A DNA stretch of 64,000 nt from Syntrophales bacterium (GCA_963666365.2 CAXXNF010000002.1:2368001-2432000); one strand, 5' to 3'; positions 32,677-42,858 are shown, counted from the stretch's first letter. A program made the numbers and translations. Notes: generated from the letters alone by a model not told the origin.

Positions 32677-33021
32677 TTATCCCATGCCGTCTTCAAGCTT
32701 CCTTCCCCCCAGCACGTGAATATGGAGGTGAAAGACTATCTGACCGCCGTCTTTGTTGCAGTTGATCACCATGCGGAACCCCGGCTGGTCAACCTGTTTG
32801 ATGCGGGCGACTTCCTGCACAGCCGTCAACAGATCGGCCATCAGCTTCGCATCGCCGGCCTTTACGTCCATCAGTGTGGATATGTGCCGCTTGGGGACGA
32901 CAACGACATGCACAGGCGCCATAGGCGCAATGTCTTCGAAGGCCAGGGCGCTCTCATTTTCATAAACCTTGGTACAGGGAATATCCCCCTTGACGATTTT
33001 ACAGAAAACACACTCTTCCAT
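32677..33021 (-). CDS. Histidine triad (HIT/HinT) nucleotide-binding protein
   Basis: CVFCKI, AFEDIAP.APVH, HLHIHVLGG. Confidence 0.95.
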   Translation of the reverse strand: MEECVFCKIVKGDIPCTKVYENESALAFEDIAPMAPVHVVVVPKRHISTLMDVKAGDAKLMADLLTAVQEVARIKQVDQPGFRMVINCNKDGGQIVFHLHIHVLGGRKLEDGMG

Positions 33022-33034
33022 GACTGACCCTCCT

Positions 33035-33784
33035 TCAGTGAGAAGTTCCCCGACGATCGCCGCGCTTCGTCGTCGCAATCGCTTCTTCAAGCGTCATGGC
33101 CCCGTCATAAAGCGCTTTTCCCACGATGACTCCCATGATTCCGGGTTGTCTGACCTCGAGCAGGGCCTCGATATCGCCAATCCCCGACAGGCCCCCCGAA
33201 GCAATGACGGGAATCGAAAGGGTTCGTGCGAGCGTTTCCGTTGCCGCGACATTAACCCCCGTTTTCATGCCGTCACGACTGATATCGGTATACACCAGGG
33301 CATCAAGCCCGATTCCCTCATAGCTCTTCGCCACCTCCGCCGCCGAAAGATCGGAACGCTCCAGCCATCCCTCAACGGCCACACGTTCATCTCGTGCATC
33401 AAGGCCCAGGATGATATGGCCGGGGAAACGACGGCAGGCCTCGACCAGCAGCGGGCGGTTCTTCAGCGCAACGGTACCCAGAATACAACGGCTCACCCCC
33501 AGTGCAAGATAGGCATCCACCGTTTCAATGTCCCGAATGCCCCCGCCAACCTGCACAGGCACACTGACGGCGTTTACGATTTTCTCGATGCTTTTCCTGT
33601 TGAGGGGCTTCCCCTCCTTTGATCCGTCCAGATCAACGACATGGATACGTTCGGCGCCTTTATCCTGCCATCTGCGGGCAACATCGGCGGGCGTCCGGGA
33701 ATACACGGTCTCTCGGTCAAAATCCCCCTGGAGAAGACGCACACACTTTCCTTCCTTCAAATCTATGGCGGGTATGATAATCAT
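33035..33784 (-). CDS. hisA: ProFAR isomerase
   Basis: IIPAIDL.EGKCVRL.QGD, HVVDLDG, QVGGGIR, YTDISRDG, IASGG. Confidence 0.96.
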   Translation of the reverse strand: MIIIPAIDLKEGKCVRLLQGDFDRETVYSRTPADVARRWQDKGAERIHVVDLDGSKEGKPLNRKSIEKIVNAVSVPVQVGGGIRDIETVDAYLALGVSRCILGTVALKNRPLLVEACRRFPGHIILGLDARDERVAVEGWLERSDLSAAEVAKSYEGIGLDALVYTDISRDGMKTGVNVAATETLARTLSIPVIASGGLSGIGDIEALLEVRQPGIMGVIVGKALYDGAMTLEEAIATTKRGDRRGTSH

Positions 33785-33797
33785 CTCAGTCTCTTCT

Positions 33798-34529
33798 TCA
33801 TTCGACATTGGGAAAAGTTTTCAACAACGACTCCATCCCCTCTCGGGAAAGCTCTCGCACGGTAACCCACTTTCCTCCGCCCCGGAAGAAGGAACCAACC
33901 TCAAAAAGATTTTCCATGAGGGAACTCTGGGTTTTATCGAAGGTACCATTCCACAATGTCACGCCGTCTCGCACCCTCAAAAGATGGACACAGAAAACGG
34001 CCGATGCAGGCTGCTCCACTGCATAGGTATAGCCTTTTCGTTCCGTGTAACAAAATACGTATCCTGCAAGAATCGCATCAACTTCCAGCTCTTCCCCTGT
34101 TTTGCGCAACTTCTCCCGCACCGAATCCTGAAAGGAGATTGCCGATATTCTTCGGTAGATTCCCTCAACCCTGTCAGGCGTAATAAGTACATACTTTCTC
34201 TGCGCCTTGAGTTCAGCCACCAGGATATCCACCACGATTCCCGGCGCATCTCCCTGGATGTCGCCGGTGCGCAAGAAAGCCCCGGAAAGAGGACAGCGCA
34301 TGAATCTCTGAGAAGGATCAGGCGAACTTACCTTCTTAAAGGGCGCCACCGCAATTTTTTTTAACTCTATGCTCCCTTCCCACCGGCCTGCATCGGCTTT
34401 CACCCCCGACATGGACGCACACCCAACAGCAAAAAGGGCAAAGAAACATATTATGAGGCCTGTTACCGCTGGAACCACACTCTTAGAAGGCCTTTTGTCG
34501 ATGGCTGCTACCTCCCTGCACATATTCAC
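33798..34529 (-). CDS. Putative lipoprotein
   Basis: Hydrophobic stretch ending AVGC; IAVAPF...VDAILAG...DGVTLW. Start uncertain. Confidence 0.6.
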   Translation of the reverse strand: MNMCREVAAIDKRPSKSVVPAVTGLIICFFALFAVGCASMSGVKADAGRWEGSIELKKIAVAPFKKVSSPDPSQRFMRCPLSGAFLRTGDIQGDAPGIVVDILVAELKAQRKYVLITPDRVEGIYRRISAISFQDSVREKLRKTGEELEVDAILAGYVFCYTERKGYTYAVEQPASAVFCVHLLRVRDGVTLWNGTFDKTQSSLMENLFEVGSFFRGGGKWVTVRELSREGMESLLKTFPNVE

Positions 34530-34591
34530 CCTTTCACATATTACAAACCAATGGATTTCAGCCCCTGCGATATAAGAACAGCGTGCAACAA

Positions 34592-35179
34592 TCAGAGATT
34601 TCCTTTGGTCGACATAACGCCTGCGATACGCGCATCAATGGACACTGCCTCAGCCAGCGCACGGGCAAAGGCCTTACACAGGGACTCGGCTATGTGGTGG
34701 GGGTTTCTACCATATATGACATTCATATGCAAGGTTATTCCCCCGTGGTCAGAAAGCGCTTTAAAGAATTCACGAAGCTGCAACAGTTCAAAATCACCTA
34801 CTTTTTTATTGTCGAGATCGACATTATACACCAGACAGGGTCGTCCTGAAAGATCGATCGACACATGGCTGAGACTTTCATCCATGGGGACGAAGGCGCA
34901 GCCGTACCTCCCTATCCCCTCTTTCGTCCCCAGCGCCTCCTTGAGCGCCTCCCCCAGACATATGCCCACATCCTCCACCGTATGATGATCATCAACGTCG
35001 GTGTCGCCGCGCGCCTCGATCTTCATGTCCATGAGACTGTGCCGCATGATGCTCGTGAGCATATGATTGAAGAAAGGAATGGTGGTTTCAACGGATCCCC
35101 TTCCTGTCCCGTCAAGAGTGATTTCCGCGAAAATATCCGTTTCGGCTGTGGTTCTCGTAATTGTACCGATCCTCTTCAT
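34592..35179 (-). CDS. hisB: Imidazoleglycerol-phosphate dehydratase
   Basis: RTTAETDI, DDHHTVED, PMDES, NPHHIAE. Confidence 0.97.
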   Translation of the reverse strand: MKRIGTITRTTAETDIFAEITLDGTGRGSVETTIPFFNHMLTSIMRHSLMDMKIEARGDTDVDDHHTVEDVGICLGEALKEALGTKEGIGRYGCAFVPMDESLSHVSIDLSGRPCLVYNVDLDNKKVGDFELLQLREFFKALSDHGGITLHMNVIYGRNPHHIAESLCKAFARALAEAVSIDARIAGVMSTKGNL

Positions 35180-35196
35180 GGCCGGTCATGCTCCCG

Positions 35197-36069
35197 TTAT
35201 AAAACCTTGTTGAGGGGGTATTCGATGATGCCCTCGGCGCCCGCCTCCTGGAGAAGCGGAATCAACTCCCGTACAATACCCCTGTCGACAATCGTATCCA
35301 CATCAAACCACTCATCCTGGTACAGCGCCGAAATGGTCGGCGCCTTCAGGGAAGGGAGAAGCAGCACGACCCTGCCGAGATTTTCCTTCGACACGTTCAT
35401 TTTCAAACCCACCTTACCCATCGCCATGAATGATCCCTTGAGAAGCACGTTGATCTGCTCTATTTTTCTCCTTTTCCACGGATCGTTCCAGGCCTCTTTA
35501 TTGGCGATCAACTGGGTGTTGGTCTTCATCAATTCATGGATAATTTTCAGTTTGTTCGCCTTGAGCGTGCTTCCCGTTTCCGTCACTTCAACGATTGCAT
35601 CGACAAGCCCTTCCACGACCTTCGCCTCCGTGGCCCCCCACGAAAACTCGACATGCACGGTGATGCCCCGCTCCTGAAAATACCGTGTGGTAAAATTAAC
35701 CAGCTCTGTGGAAAGTCTTTTGCCCTCCAGATCCTCGATTGCGGCAATGGGGGAATCCTGCCTGACGGCAAGGACCCATCGGGCCTGCCGCGCTGAGGCC
35801 TTTGAATATATGAGATCCTGCACTACCGTGACATCGGCATCGTTTTCAAGGATCCAGTCCTTTCCGGTGAGCCCCAAATCGAGGGTCCCATCCTCTACGT
35901 AGCGGGCCATTTCCTGCGCCCGGACGAGAAAGCAGTTTATCTCGTCATCATCGATGCCGGGGAAATAGCTGCGCGCATCATAGGATATTTTCCATCCGGC
36001 ACGTTTAAAAAGCTCGACGGTATTTGCTTCAAGGCTCCCCTTGGGGATGCCTAATCGTAACACATTCAT
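35197..36069 (-). CDS. hisG: ATP phosphoribosyltransferase (long form)
   Basis: [34 protein letters not shown]-terminal regulatory domain. Confidence 0.96.
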   Translation of the reverse strand: MNVLRLGIPKGSLEANTVELFKRAGWKISYDARSYFPGIDDDEINCFLVRAQEMARYVEDGTLDLGLTGKDWILENDADVTVVQDLIYSKASARQARWVLAVRQDSPIAAIEDLEGKRLSTELVNFTTRYFQERGITVHVEFSWGATEAKVVEGLVDAIVEVTETGSTLKANKLKIIHELMKTNTQLIANKEAWNDPWKRRKIEQINVLLKGSFMAMGKVGLKMNVSKENLGRVVLLLPSLKAPTISALYQDEWFDVDTIVDRGIVRELIPLLQEAGAEGIIEYPLNKVL

Positions 36070-36440
36070 TTTTTATAGACTTCCTCCGGATTAAAAAGGC
36101 GTGGACCTACGATATCGAATCCCTCAGGCGTTATCCTTCTGTAAAAGCATGAACGATATCCCTCGTGGCAGGCCGCCCCTTTTTGGTCCACTCTCAGCAA
36201 AAGAGTATCGCTATCGCAATCTATTAACATTTCCCTTACCGTCTGTACGTTCCCCGAGGTCTCGCCCTTGACCCAGAGTTGATTCCGCGATCTGCTCCAA
36301 TAGGTGGCCTTTCCGGTCTCCACCGTTTTCTCCCATGCTTCGCGGTTCATATAGGCAAGCATCAATACATCATGCCGCTCATAATCCTGGACAATAACCG
36401 GCACCAATCCATTCCCCTTTTTAAAATCGGGTTCCAACAT
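36066..36440 (-). CDS. hisI: Phosphoribosyl-AMP cyclohydrolase
   Basis: [30 protein letters not shown]. Confidence 0.96.
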   Translation of the reverse strand: MLEPDFKKGNGLVPVIVQDYERHDVLMLAYMNREAWEKTVETGKATYWSRSRNQLWVKGETSGNVQTVREMLIDCDSDTLLLRVDQKGAACHEGYRSCFYRRITPEGFDIVGPRLFNPEEVYKK

Positions 36441-36704
36441 ACTGTTCAATCCTCCCTGCAGACGCCGCAATTGAAAAGGAGTTGCCGAAGCACACACCCC
36501 ACAAATGCAGCATGACATATTATTACTAAAGGATCGTAAAACTAAAGGAATATGCATTTTTTGGCAAGTCTTTTTTTATTTTGATCTTGCCCATAAGTTT
36601 TTTTTGTGCTACCAATATCGACCTATTTCAATAGGGTGTGTGCCGGAAACGGGTGTGGCTCATTACAGTGAAAATCAATATATGGAGAAGGAGGATTTAG
36701 GATA

Positions 36705-37016
36705 ATGCAGGTGATTATTGGTGGCGCCATTGCGGCGGTTATAGGTTTGATCGGACTGGTTGTGTGGTTTAAGGAATTCCTGTTACTGCTTGCGGGTGCA
36801 GTCCCCATCGCCCTTCTTCTCGGCGGCGCGCTTGCCATATACGTCGGCTATGATGAAATACGTGATCAGTTAAGGGAGAAAAAAGAGGCGCGCGAGCAGG
36901 TTGAAGAGCTTCAAAAAGCAAAGGCTGAACTCGAAAAAGCCAAGGCCGAATCTGAAAAGTTAAAGGAAGAACTGGAAAAAACCAAAACAGAAAAAGGCAA
37001 AAAGGCCGATAAATAG
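36705..37016 (+). CDS. Hypothetical small membrane protein (2 TM + charged coiled-coil tail)
   Basis: Two hydrophobic segments followed by a K/E-rich helix; AGGAGG SD. Confidence 0.75.
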   Translation: MQVIIGGAIAAVIGLIGLVVWFKEFLLLLAGAVPIALLLGGALAIYVGYDEIRDQLREKKEAREQVEELQKAKAELEKAKAESEKLKEELEKTKTEKGKKADK

Positions 37017-37113
37017 CGCGCTGCGTGCCAATCTTTCAATCACACTGACACAGTGTATGCGTCCCCGCCGGCGGGGGCGCGTGACCGCGGTAATGGAGGC
37101 GTGAAAATTACAC

Positions 37114-37142
37114 TTGACAGGGTACGGAAAGAACGCTACAAG
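37114..37142 (+). promoter_or_regulatory. Sigma70-type promoter upstream of TRAP operon
   Basis: TTGACA 37114-37119, 17 bp, TACAAG 37137-37142. Confidence 0.5.
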
Positions 37143-37243
37143 GCGAATTATTATCAGTACTTTTTTCGGGAATAGTATAATGGCAGTTATAGAGACTCAT
37201 CGCTTTAAAAACCTTCCAGTAGGATACACCTACAAGTATTAAC

Positions 37244-37300
37244 GCCTGCTTCCCATCCATGAGGTGGGAACGCAGGCTCTTCGAAATAATTCTTTTTTTT
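37244..37300 (+). terminator. GC-rich hairpin with downstream T-tract in TRAP leader
   Basis: GCCTGC-TTCCCA...TGGGAA-C-GCAGGC (37244-37277); the T run starts ~15 nt later, so the spacing is non-canonical. Confidence 0.4.
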
Positions 37301-37405
37301 CAAAGGGATCAATCATCGTCAGGATGGCATTAATTGAGGAGTAGATACTTTTTGTTTCTAAAAGGTATCAGTGCTCAATATTTTTACAGGAGGGAATATA
37401 TCCAC

Positions 37406-38434
37406 ATGAAAAAGCATTTTGTTACCGTTATTGTCATTGCACTTTTTGCGGCGATCCAACTGGCGCCCCAGAGTGCGCCCCCGGTGCATGCAAAAACCAT
37501 CAGCCTTACCTACAGCATCTTTTTCCCCCCCACTCACGGGCAGTGCAAGGCCGGAGTTTCCTGGGCGCAGGAAATTGAAAAGCGCACCCAGGGGCGTGTC
37601 AAGATCAGTGTATTCCCCGGGGGAACGCTTACAAAGGCGAACCAGTGTTACGACGGGGTAGTGAAGGGCATATCCGATATCGGCATGTCCTGCTTTGCCT
37701 ATACAAGGGGCCGTTTCCCCGTCATGGAGGCGCTTGATCTTCCCCATGGCTACACAAGCGGCATGACCGCCACAAAAACGGCAACGGATTTTTACCATAT
37801 CATGAAACCGAAAGAGCTGGATGGTGTAAAGGTGCTGTACATCCACGCTCACGGTCCCGGCCTTCTTCACACAAAGAAGCCCGTGCGGAACCTTGAAGAA
37901 CTCAAAGGCCTGAAAATACGTTCTACCGGATTGAGCGCAAAAGTGACGGAGGCCCTCGGGGGCGTTCCCGTGGCCATGCCCCAGGGTGGAACCTACGAGG
38001 CCCTGCAAAAAGGGGTGGTGGAAGGCACCTTCGCTCCTATTGAAACATTAAAGGGATGGAAACAGGCCGAGGTGATCAAGTATACTACTGAATGCACCCG
38101 TGTAGGCTATACAACCGCCATGTTCGTCGTCATGAACGTCAACAAATGGAATGCCCTACCCCCGGATATTCAGAAAATTTTTGAAGATACCAGCAGAGAA
38201 TGGGTTGCAATCCATGGCGCTGAATGGGATAAAAGCGATGCGGACGGTCGCGCCTTTACCCTGAGCCTGGGCAATGAAATTATCTCGCTCTCAGACGATG
38301 AGGACGCACGATGGGTAAAGGCCGTACGGCCCATAATCGACAACTATATTGAAAATAAAAATAAAGAAGGGCTTCCCGGCACGAAGGCGGTCACGGAAAT
38401 TGAATGCCTCATTAAAAAACATGGGACCCAATAA
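37406..38434 (+). CDS. dctP: TRAP transporter substrate-binding protein (DctP family)
   Basis: Signal peptide, RTQGRVKISVFPGGTL, LKGLKIR, YEALQKGVVEG, WNALPPDIQ. Confidence 0.93.
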   Translation: MKKHFVTVIVIALFAAIQLAPQSAPPVHAKTISLTYSIFFPPTHGQCKAGVSWAQEIEKRTQGRVKISVFPGGTLTKANQCYDGVVKGISDIGMSCFAYTRGRFPVMEALDLPHGYTSGMTATKTATDFYHIMKPKELDGVKVLYIHAHGPGLLHTKKPVRNLEELKGLKIRSTGLSAKVTEALGGVPVAMPQGGTYEALQKGVVEGTFAPIETLKGWKQAEVIKYTTECTRVGYTTAMFVVMNVNKWNALPPDIQKIFEDTSREWVAIHGAEWDKSDADGRAFTLSLGNEIISLSDDEDARWVKAVRPIIDNYIENKNKEGLPGTKAVTEIECLIKKHGTQ

Positions 38435-38440
38435 ATGTAG

Positions 38441-38932
38441 ATGCCTATGAAACGGCTTGACGCATCACTTGCGGAAATGGCAGGGCTTGTCAACTGGATC
38501 GCTGCGGGCGCCCTGGTAATCATGATGGTATTGACGTCCGCCGATGTGGTGTTGCGATTTTTCCGTCACCCCATACCGGGCACCTTTGAAATCGTAGGAC
38601 TTCTCGGCACTGTGGCCGCGTCATTTTCGTTAGCCTACACCACGGTGATGAAAGGACACATCGCCGTTGAATTCATCGTTCAGAAACTGCCACGGAGAGT
38701 ACAGTACGCAGTCGATGCCGTGAACGGCCTTGCCGGCTGTCTGCTGTTCGCCATACTGGCATGGCAGAGCGCCCTCTACGCCATGGATACGAGGGCAAAC
38801 GGCGAGGTCTCCCTTACACTGCAGATGCCGGTTTACCCTTTCATATTAGGCATCGCCATCGGCTGCGGCATGCTCTCGGCAGTACTGGCCGTCAGTGTGT
38901 TCACCTCATTCAAGAGGACCGTCACGCAATGA
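38441..38932 (+). CDS. dctQ: TRAP transporter small permease (DctQ)
   Basis: 4 TM, DVVLR, GHIAVE. Confidence 0.9.
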   Translation: MPMKRLDASLAEMAGLVNWIAAGALVIMMVLTSADVVLRFFRHPIPGTFEIVGLLGTVAASFSLAYTTVMKGHIAVEFIVQKLPRRVQYAVDAVNGLAGCLLFAILAWQSALYAMDTRANGEVSLTLQMPVYPFILGIAIGCGMLSAVLAVSVFTSFKRTVTQ

Positions 38933-40230
38933 GTCCTGCGATCATCGGCATAATCGGCATCGCCGCTCTTTTCATCTTTATATTTTCGAGAATGCCCGTG
39001 GGTTTTGTCATGGCAATAATCGGATTTATAGGGTTCGGCTATCTTGTGTCCTTCGATGCCGCAATGAATCTCATGGCAAAGGATGTCTACGCCGTGTTCG
39101 GCTCTTATAACCTGACGGTAATCCCTCTGTTCGTCCTGATGGGACAACTGGCCTTTCATTCAGGCATAAGCACCCGTCTTTTCGATGCGGCCTACACCTT
39201 TCTGGGACACCAGCCGGGGGGGCTCGCCATGGCCACCATCGGTGCCTGTGCGGGATTTTCCGCCATATGCGGTTCCACCAACGCCACCGCCGCGACCATG
39301 GCGGCGGCAACCCTGCCGGAAATGAAACGGTTCAACTATAAGGCGGAACTTGCCACCGGCGCCGTCGCCGCAGGGGGCAGTCTGGGCATCCTTATACCAC
39401 CCAGTGTCATTTTTATCGTCTACGGCATCATGACGGAACAGTCGATTGGAAAGCTTTTTATGGCGGGGCTGGCGCCGGGAATTTTATTGACCATTCTTTT
39501 TATCATCACCATCGCGATCTGGACGCGCATCCGGCCGGATCTCGGCCCGGCGGGCCCCAAAACGACCGTCAGGCAAAAGATCGCATCGCTGGCAGGTCTC
39601 GGTGAAACACTGATTCTTTTCGTAATGGTGATGGGAGGACTCTTTGCGGGACTCTTCACTCCCACCGAGGCCGGGGCCGTCGGCGCCTTCGGCACGCTGG
39701 TGCTTGCCCTGATCAAACGGCATCTCACTTGGACCGGCTTTGTCGCCTCCCTCAAAGAAACAACGCGAATTTCCTGCATGATTCTTGTCATTGTCGCCGG
39801 CGCCACCATTTTCGGACATTTTCTCGCCGTCACGCGAATACCCTTTGACATTGCCACCTGGATATCACACATCAACCTTCCCCCCTTCGCCATCATGATC
39901 CTCATTATATGCGTCTACCTGGTCGGGGGGTGTTTTATCGATTCACTGGCACTCATCATGCTGACGGTGCCGATCTTTTATCCCGTTGTCATTTCTCTGA
40001 ATTACGACCCCATCTGGTTTGGAGTCATCATCGTTCTGATCACCCAGATCGGGGTTATCACTCCCCCCGTGGGGGTCAACGTCTATGTGGTGAGCGGCGT
40101 CGCCCGTGACGTGCCACTGGAGGTCATTTTCAAAGGAGTGATGCCGCTTCTCCTCGCCCTGATTATCGGGACGCTTCTTCTTATTCCCTTTCCCCAGATC
40201 GCCCTCTTCCTGCCGAATTTGATGAAATAA
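38929..40230 (+). CDS. dctM: TRAP transporter large permease (DctM)
   Basis: IPLFVLMG, GSLGILIPPS, TPTEAG, ITPPVG; ATGA overlap with dctQ. Confidence 0.93.
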   Translation: MSPAIIGIIGIAALFIFIFSRMPVGFVMAIIGFIGFGYLVSFDAAMNLMAKDVYAVFGSYNLTVIPLFVLMGQLAFHSGISTRLFDAAYTFLGHQPGGLAMATIGACAGFSAICGSTNATAATMAAATLPEMKRFNYKAELATGAVAAGGSLGILIPPSVIFIVYGIMTEQSIGKLFMAGLAPGILLTILFIITIAIWTRIRPDLGPAGPKTTVRQKIASLAGLGETLILFVMVMGGLFAGLFTPTEAGAVGAFGTLVLALIKRHLTWTGFVASLKETTRISCMILVIVAGATIFGHFLAVTRIPFDIATWISHINLPPFAIMILIICVYLVGGCFIDSLALIMLTVPIFYPVVISLNYDPIWFGVIIVLITQIGVITPPVGVNVYVVSGVARDVPLEVIFKGVMPLLLALIIGTLLLIPFPQIALFLPNLMK

Positions 40231-40239
40231 ATAGAAAGG

Positions 40240-40390
40240 CTTTTCTCTGCGAACTCTCCGCCTCAGAGGGAAAATAAAATTCAAAAAAAACGGTCTCGCG
40301 CAGAGACGCAGGGGCGCTGAGGGAAAAATAAACAAAGAATGAATGTCTTCTCTGCGAGCTCTGCGCCTCTGCGGGAGTAAGTAATAAATA
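40240..40390. repeat. CGCAGAGACGCAG-type palindromic repeats between convergent genes
   Basis: CTCTGCGAACTCTCCGCCTCAGAG, CGCAGAGACGCAGGGGCGCTGAG, CTCTGCGAGCTCTGCGCCTCTGCG separated by A-rich spacers; same family as 15323-15404 and 15838-15960. Confidence 0.8.
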
Positions 40391-40464
40391 ATAAGAGGAA
40401 CGGTAAGAAAAGTGAACGGGGAGGGGCACTGTAAGGACAGGCCCCTTCACGTTTGGAAGATTTT

Positions 40465-41622
40465 TCAGACTCTGTTCTGGGCGTAGCCGAGGGTGGCGTT
40501 GGCGACGATCATGGTGTGCATGTTCGAGGTGCCCTCCAGGGTTTCAAACTGTTTGCAGTCTCTCAGGAACCGGCCGCAGGGATATTCCAGCGAATAGCCG
40601 TAGGAGCCGTGAAGCTTCATGCACTCGTTGGCCGCATGGACCGCCGCCTTTGCGGAAAAGAGTTTGGCCATGGAGGTCTCCATCACATTGGGAAGGTTGT
40701 GATCCTTCAGCCAGGCCGCCTTGTAGACCAGCGCGGCCAGCGCTTCGTGTTCCATCTTCATTTCGGCGATCTGCTGCTGAATCAGCTGGTACTTTCCAAT
40801 GGGCTTGCCGAACTGATTCCGCTCCGTGGCATATTGAATGGAAGCTTCCAGACAGGCGGCAGACAGCCCCAGTGCACCGGCGGCACAGCCCAATCTGGTG
40901 GCGTTCAACTGGGTCATACAAATCCCGAAGCCCTTGTTGAATCCTCCGAGTACGAGTTCCTTGGGGACCTTCACGTCCTCAAAGGTGATCTCTCCCGTGT
41001 CGGAGGCCCAGAGCCCCACCTTATCCAGCATTTTTTTGCGGGTGATGCCCGGAAGGCTGTAATCCATAATGAAGCAGGTCACTCCCTTGGCGCCGGCATC
41101 CTTATCGGTCTTTACATAAAGCAGACCGTAGTCGCAGACAGATCCGTTGGTGATGAACATTTTTGCCCCGTTGATGACATAGTGATCGCCCTTGTCGTCG
41201 GCACGGCATTTCATCCCGGCCACGTCGGAACCGAAATCGGGCTCCGTCATGGCGAAACTTCCCACATACTCGCCGCTTACAAACTTCGGAATATATTTTT
41301 GCTTCTGTTCTTCCGTACCGAACTTCTGAATGGTGAGCGCCGGGCCCCAGTCCTGCATATTGAAGGCCATTCTCCAGGAAACGTGCACCTTGGAAACCTG
41401 CTCGATGGCAAGGACACCCTCGAGAAAGCCCATGCCGTTTCCACCGTACTGCTCGTCGACGCTGAAGCCGAAAAATCCCAGTTCCGCCATTTTATCGAAT
41501 ATTTCTCTTCTCCAGTGATGGTGCTCTTCGTCCTCGTCCACATGGGGGGCGATTTCGGTCTCTGCGAAGTTTTTCGCCATGTCCTGGAGCATCCGTTGCT
41601 CTTCCGTCAATGCAAAATCCAT
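40465..41622 (-). CDS. Acyl-CoA dehydrogenase, glutaryl-CoA-dehydrogenase-like paralogue
   Basis: FAMTEP..GSD, NGAKMFITN, HGSYGY, LEGTSN; shares R..xNMQ with 60098..61261. Confidence 0.88.
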   Translation of the reverse strand: MDFALTEEQRMLQDMAKNFAETEIAPHVDEDEEHHHWRREIFDKMAELGFFGFSVDEQYGGNGMGFLEGVLAIEQVSKVHVSWRMAFNMQDWGPALTIQKFGTEEQKQKYIPKFVSGEYVGSFAMTEPDFGSDVAGMKCRADDKGDHYVINGAKMFITNGSVCDYGLLYVKTDKDAGAKGVTCFIMDYSLPGITRKKMLDKVGLWASDTGEITFEDVKVPKELVLGGFNKGFGICMTQLNATRLGCAAGALGLSAACLEASIQYATERNQFGKPIGKYQLIQQQIAEMKMEHEALAALVYKAAWLKDHNLPNVMETSMAKLFSAKAAVHAANECMKLHGSYGYSLEYPCGRFLRDCKQFETLEGTSNMHTMIVANATLGYAQNRV

Positions 41623-41667
41623 CTATAGATTCCTCCTCTGTTATGTACTCATTTAATGTGCAGTTAA

Positions 41668-42858
41668 TTACTGAAAGCCTTCCATTACAACCGTAAGCGA
41701 CTGACCGCCTAAGGCGCCTACATTGACTACGCCGAAGCGGGCACCCGTACGTTTCAGTGTTTCGATCATGCCGGTCGCCATGATTCCGCCGATGGCGGCG
41801 CCGGGATGGCCGAAGGCGAGACTACCGCCTTCCACGTTGATTTTGCCTGCCGCGGCCGCACCCAGCATGTCGCCCACCGCCAGTCCGTAGGCCGCCGAAG
41901 GGGTATGAATATTATAAAAATCAATGTCTTTTCTTGAAAGACCGCACATGGCCAGGGCCCTGTCGATCGACTTTACCGATGTTCTCTCCAGCAATGTCGG
42001 ATTTCCCGCTGTGATGCCAAAGCCGCGCATTTTCGCCAGGGGTGTGCATCCCAGCGCCTGCGCCCGTTCCGCAGACACCATGATCAGCGAGACGGCCCCG
42101 TCGGCCCAGGGCGCCACATTGGCAGCCGTCGCCGTGCCGCCCTCGTTGATCGAAGGAAGCGCCATCAATTCTTCAAGCGTCGTTTTTCGTGGAATCTGGT
42201 CGGCGTCGACGGTGGTTTCCTTCTTTCTCGTCTTGATCAGATAGGGCTCTATGCCGGCACTCACTCCCCGGCTGCCGATTGCCTCCAGCGCCTTTTCATG
42301 ATCCCGAACCGTGTAGGCGTCCAGGTCTTTCCGTACAAAACCGTAGTTTCGGGCCACAAGATCGGCCAACGCCGCCGCCGTCAATACACCATATTGTTCC
42401 TGCGGCTGGGCGTTTGTCTCGACCTCGATTTTCTGGTCATGAAAGCACATACTCTGAGGACCCATCTCGTAGCGGGGATGATAGAGGTAATACTGGGTCA
42501 AGCTGTAGCTTTCCACTCCACCGACAAGCATGCCCTGATATTCTTCACCGACAATCTTATTGAATCCGCTGATCATGGTTTGAAGCGCACCGGCACAGAG
42601 CGTATTCAGCGTATAGCCGGCAGGATCTTCGCTCAATCCGGCCAGGGTCCAGGCATGCCGCCCCACATTTGCGGGCAGGCTGCTCTGTATCGACTGACTG
42701 TAAATGCTCATGTCAAGGGCGCCCGAATCGATTCCCGCGCGCTCGACCGCCGCTTTCATCGTGTGTGCCGCCAGATCCTGAATCCTGACGGTCTTTAAGG
42801 ACCCCATATATTTACCGATCGGCGTTCTCACGGCACTGACAAATACTGTTTCTTTCAT
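41668..42858 (-). CDS. Thiolase-fold protein with degenerate catalytic motifs
   Basis: SAVRTPIG, NTLCAG, TATAAN..ADG, GHPG. NEAF is replaced by HTPS and C-terminal CxGGG by ALGG. ATGA overlap with the upstream thiolase. Confidence 0.8.
   Translation of the reverse strand: MKETVFVSAVRTPIGKYMGSLKTVRIQDLAAHTMKAAVERAGIDSGALDMSIYSQSIQSSLPANVGRHAWTLAGLSEDPAGYTLNTLCAGALQTMISGFNKIVGEEYQGMLVGGVESYSLTQYYLYHPRYEMGPQSMCFHDQKIEVETNAQPQEQYGVLTAAALADLVARNYGFVRKDLDAYTVRDHEKALEAIGSRGVSAGIEPYLIKTRKKETTVDADQIPRKTTLEELMALPSINEGGTATAANVAPWADGAVSLIMVSAERAQALGCTPLAKMRGFGITAGNPTLLERTSVKSIDRALAMCGLSRKDIDFYNIHTPSAAYGLAVGDMLGAAAAGKINVEGGSLAFGHPGAAIGGIMATGMIETLKRTGARFGVVNVGALGGQSLTVVMEGFQ

Noticed and set aside
37059..37080. 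GC hairpin after the small membrane protein as an intrinsic terminator or ncRNA
   Set aside because: No U-tract and no recognisable RNA family; too weak to call.
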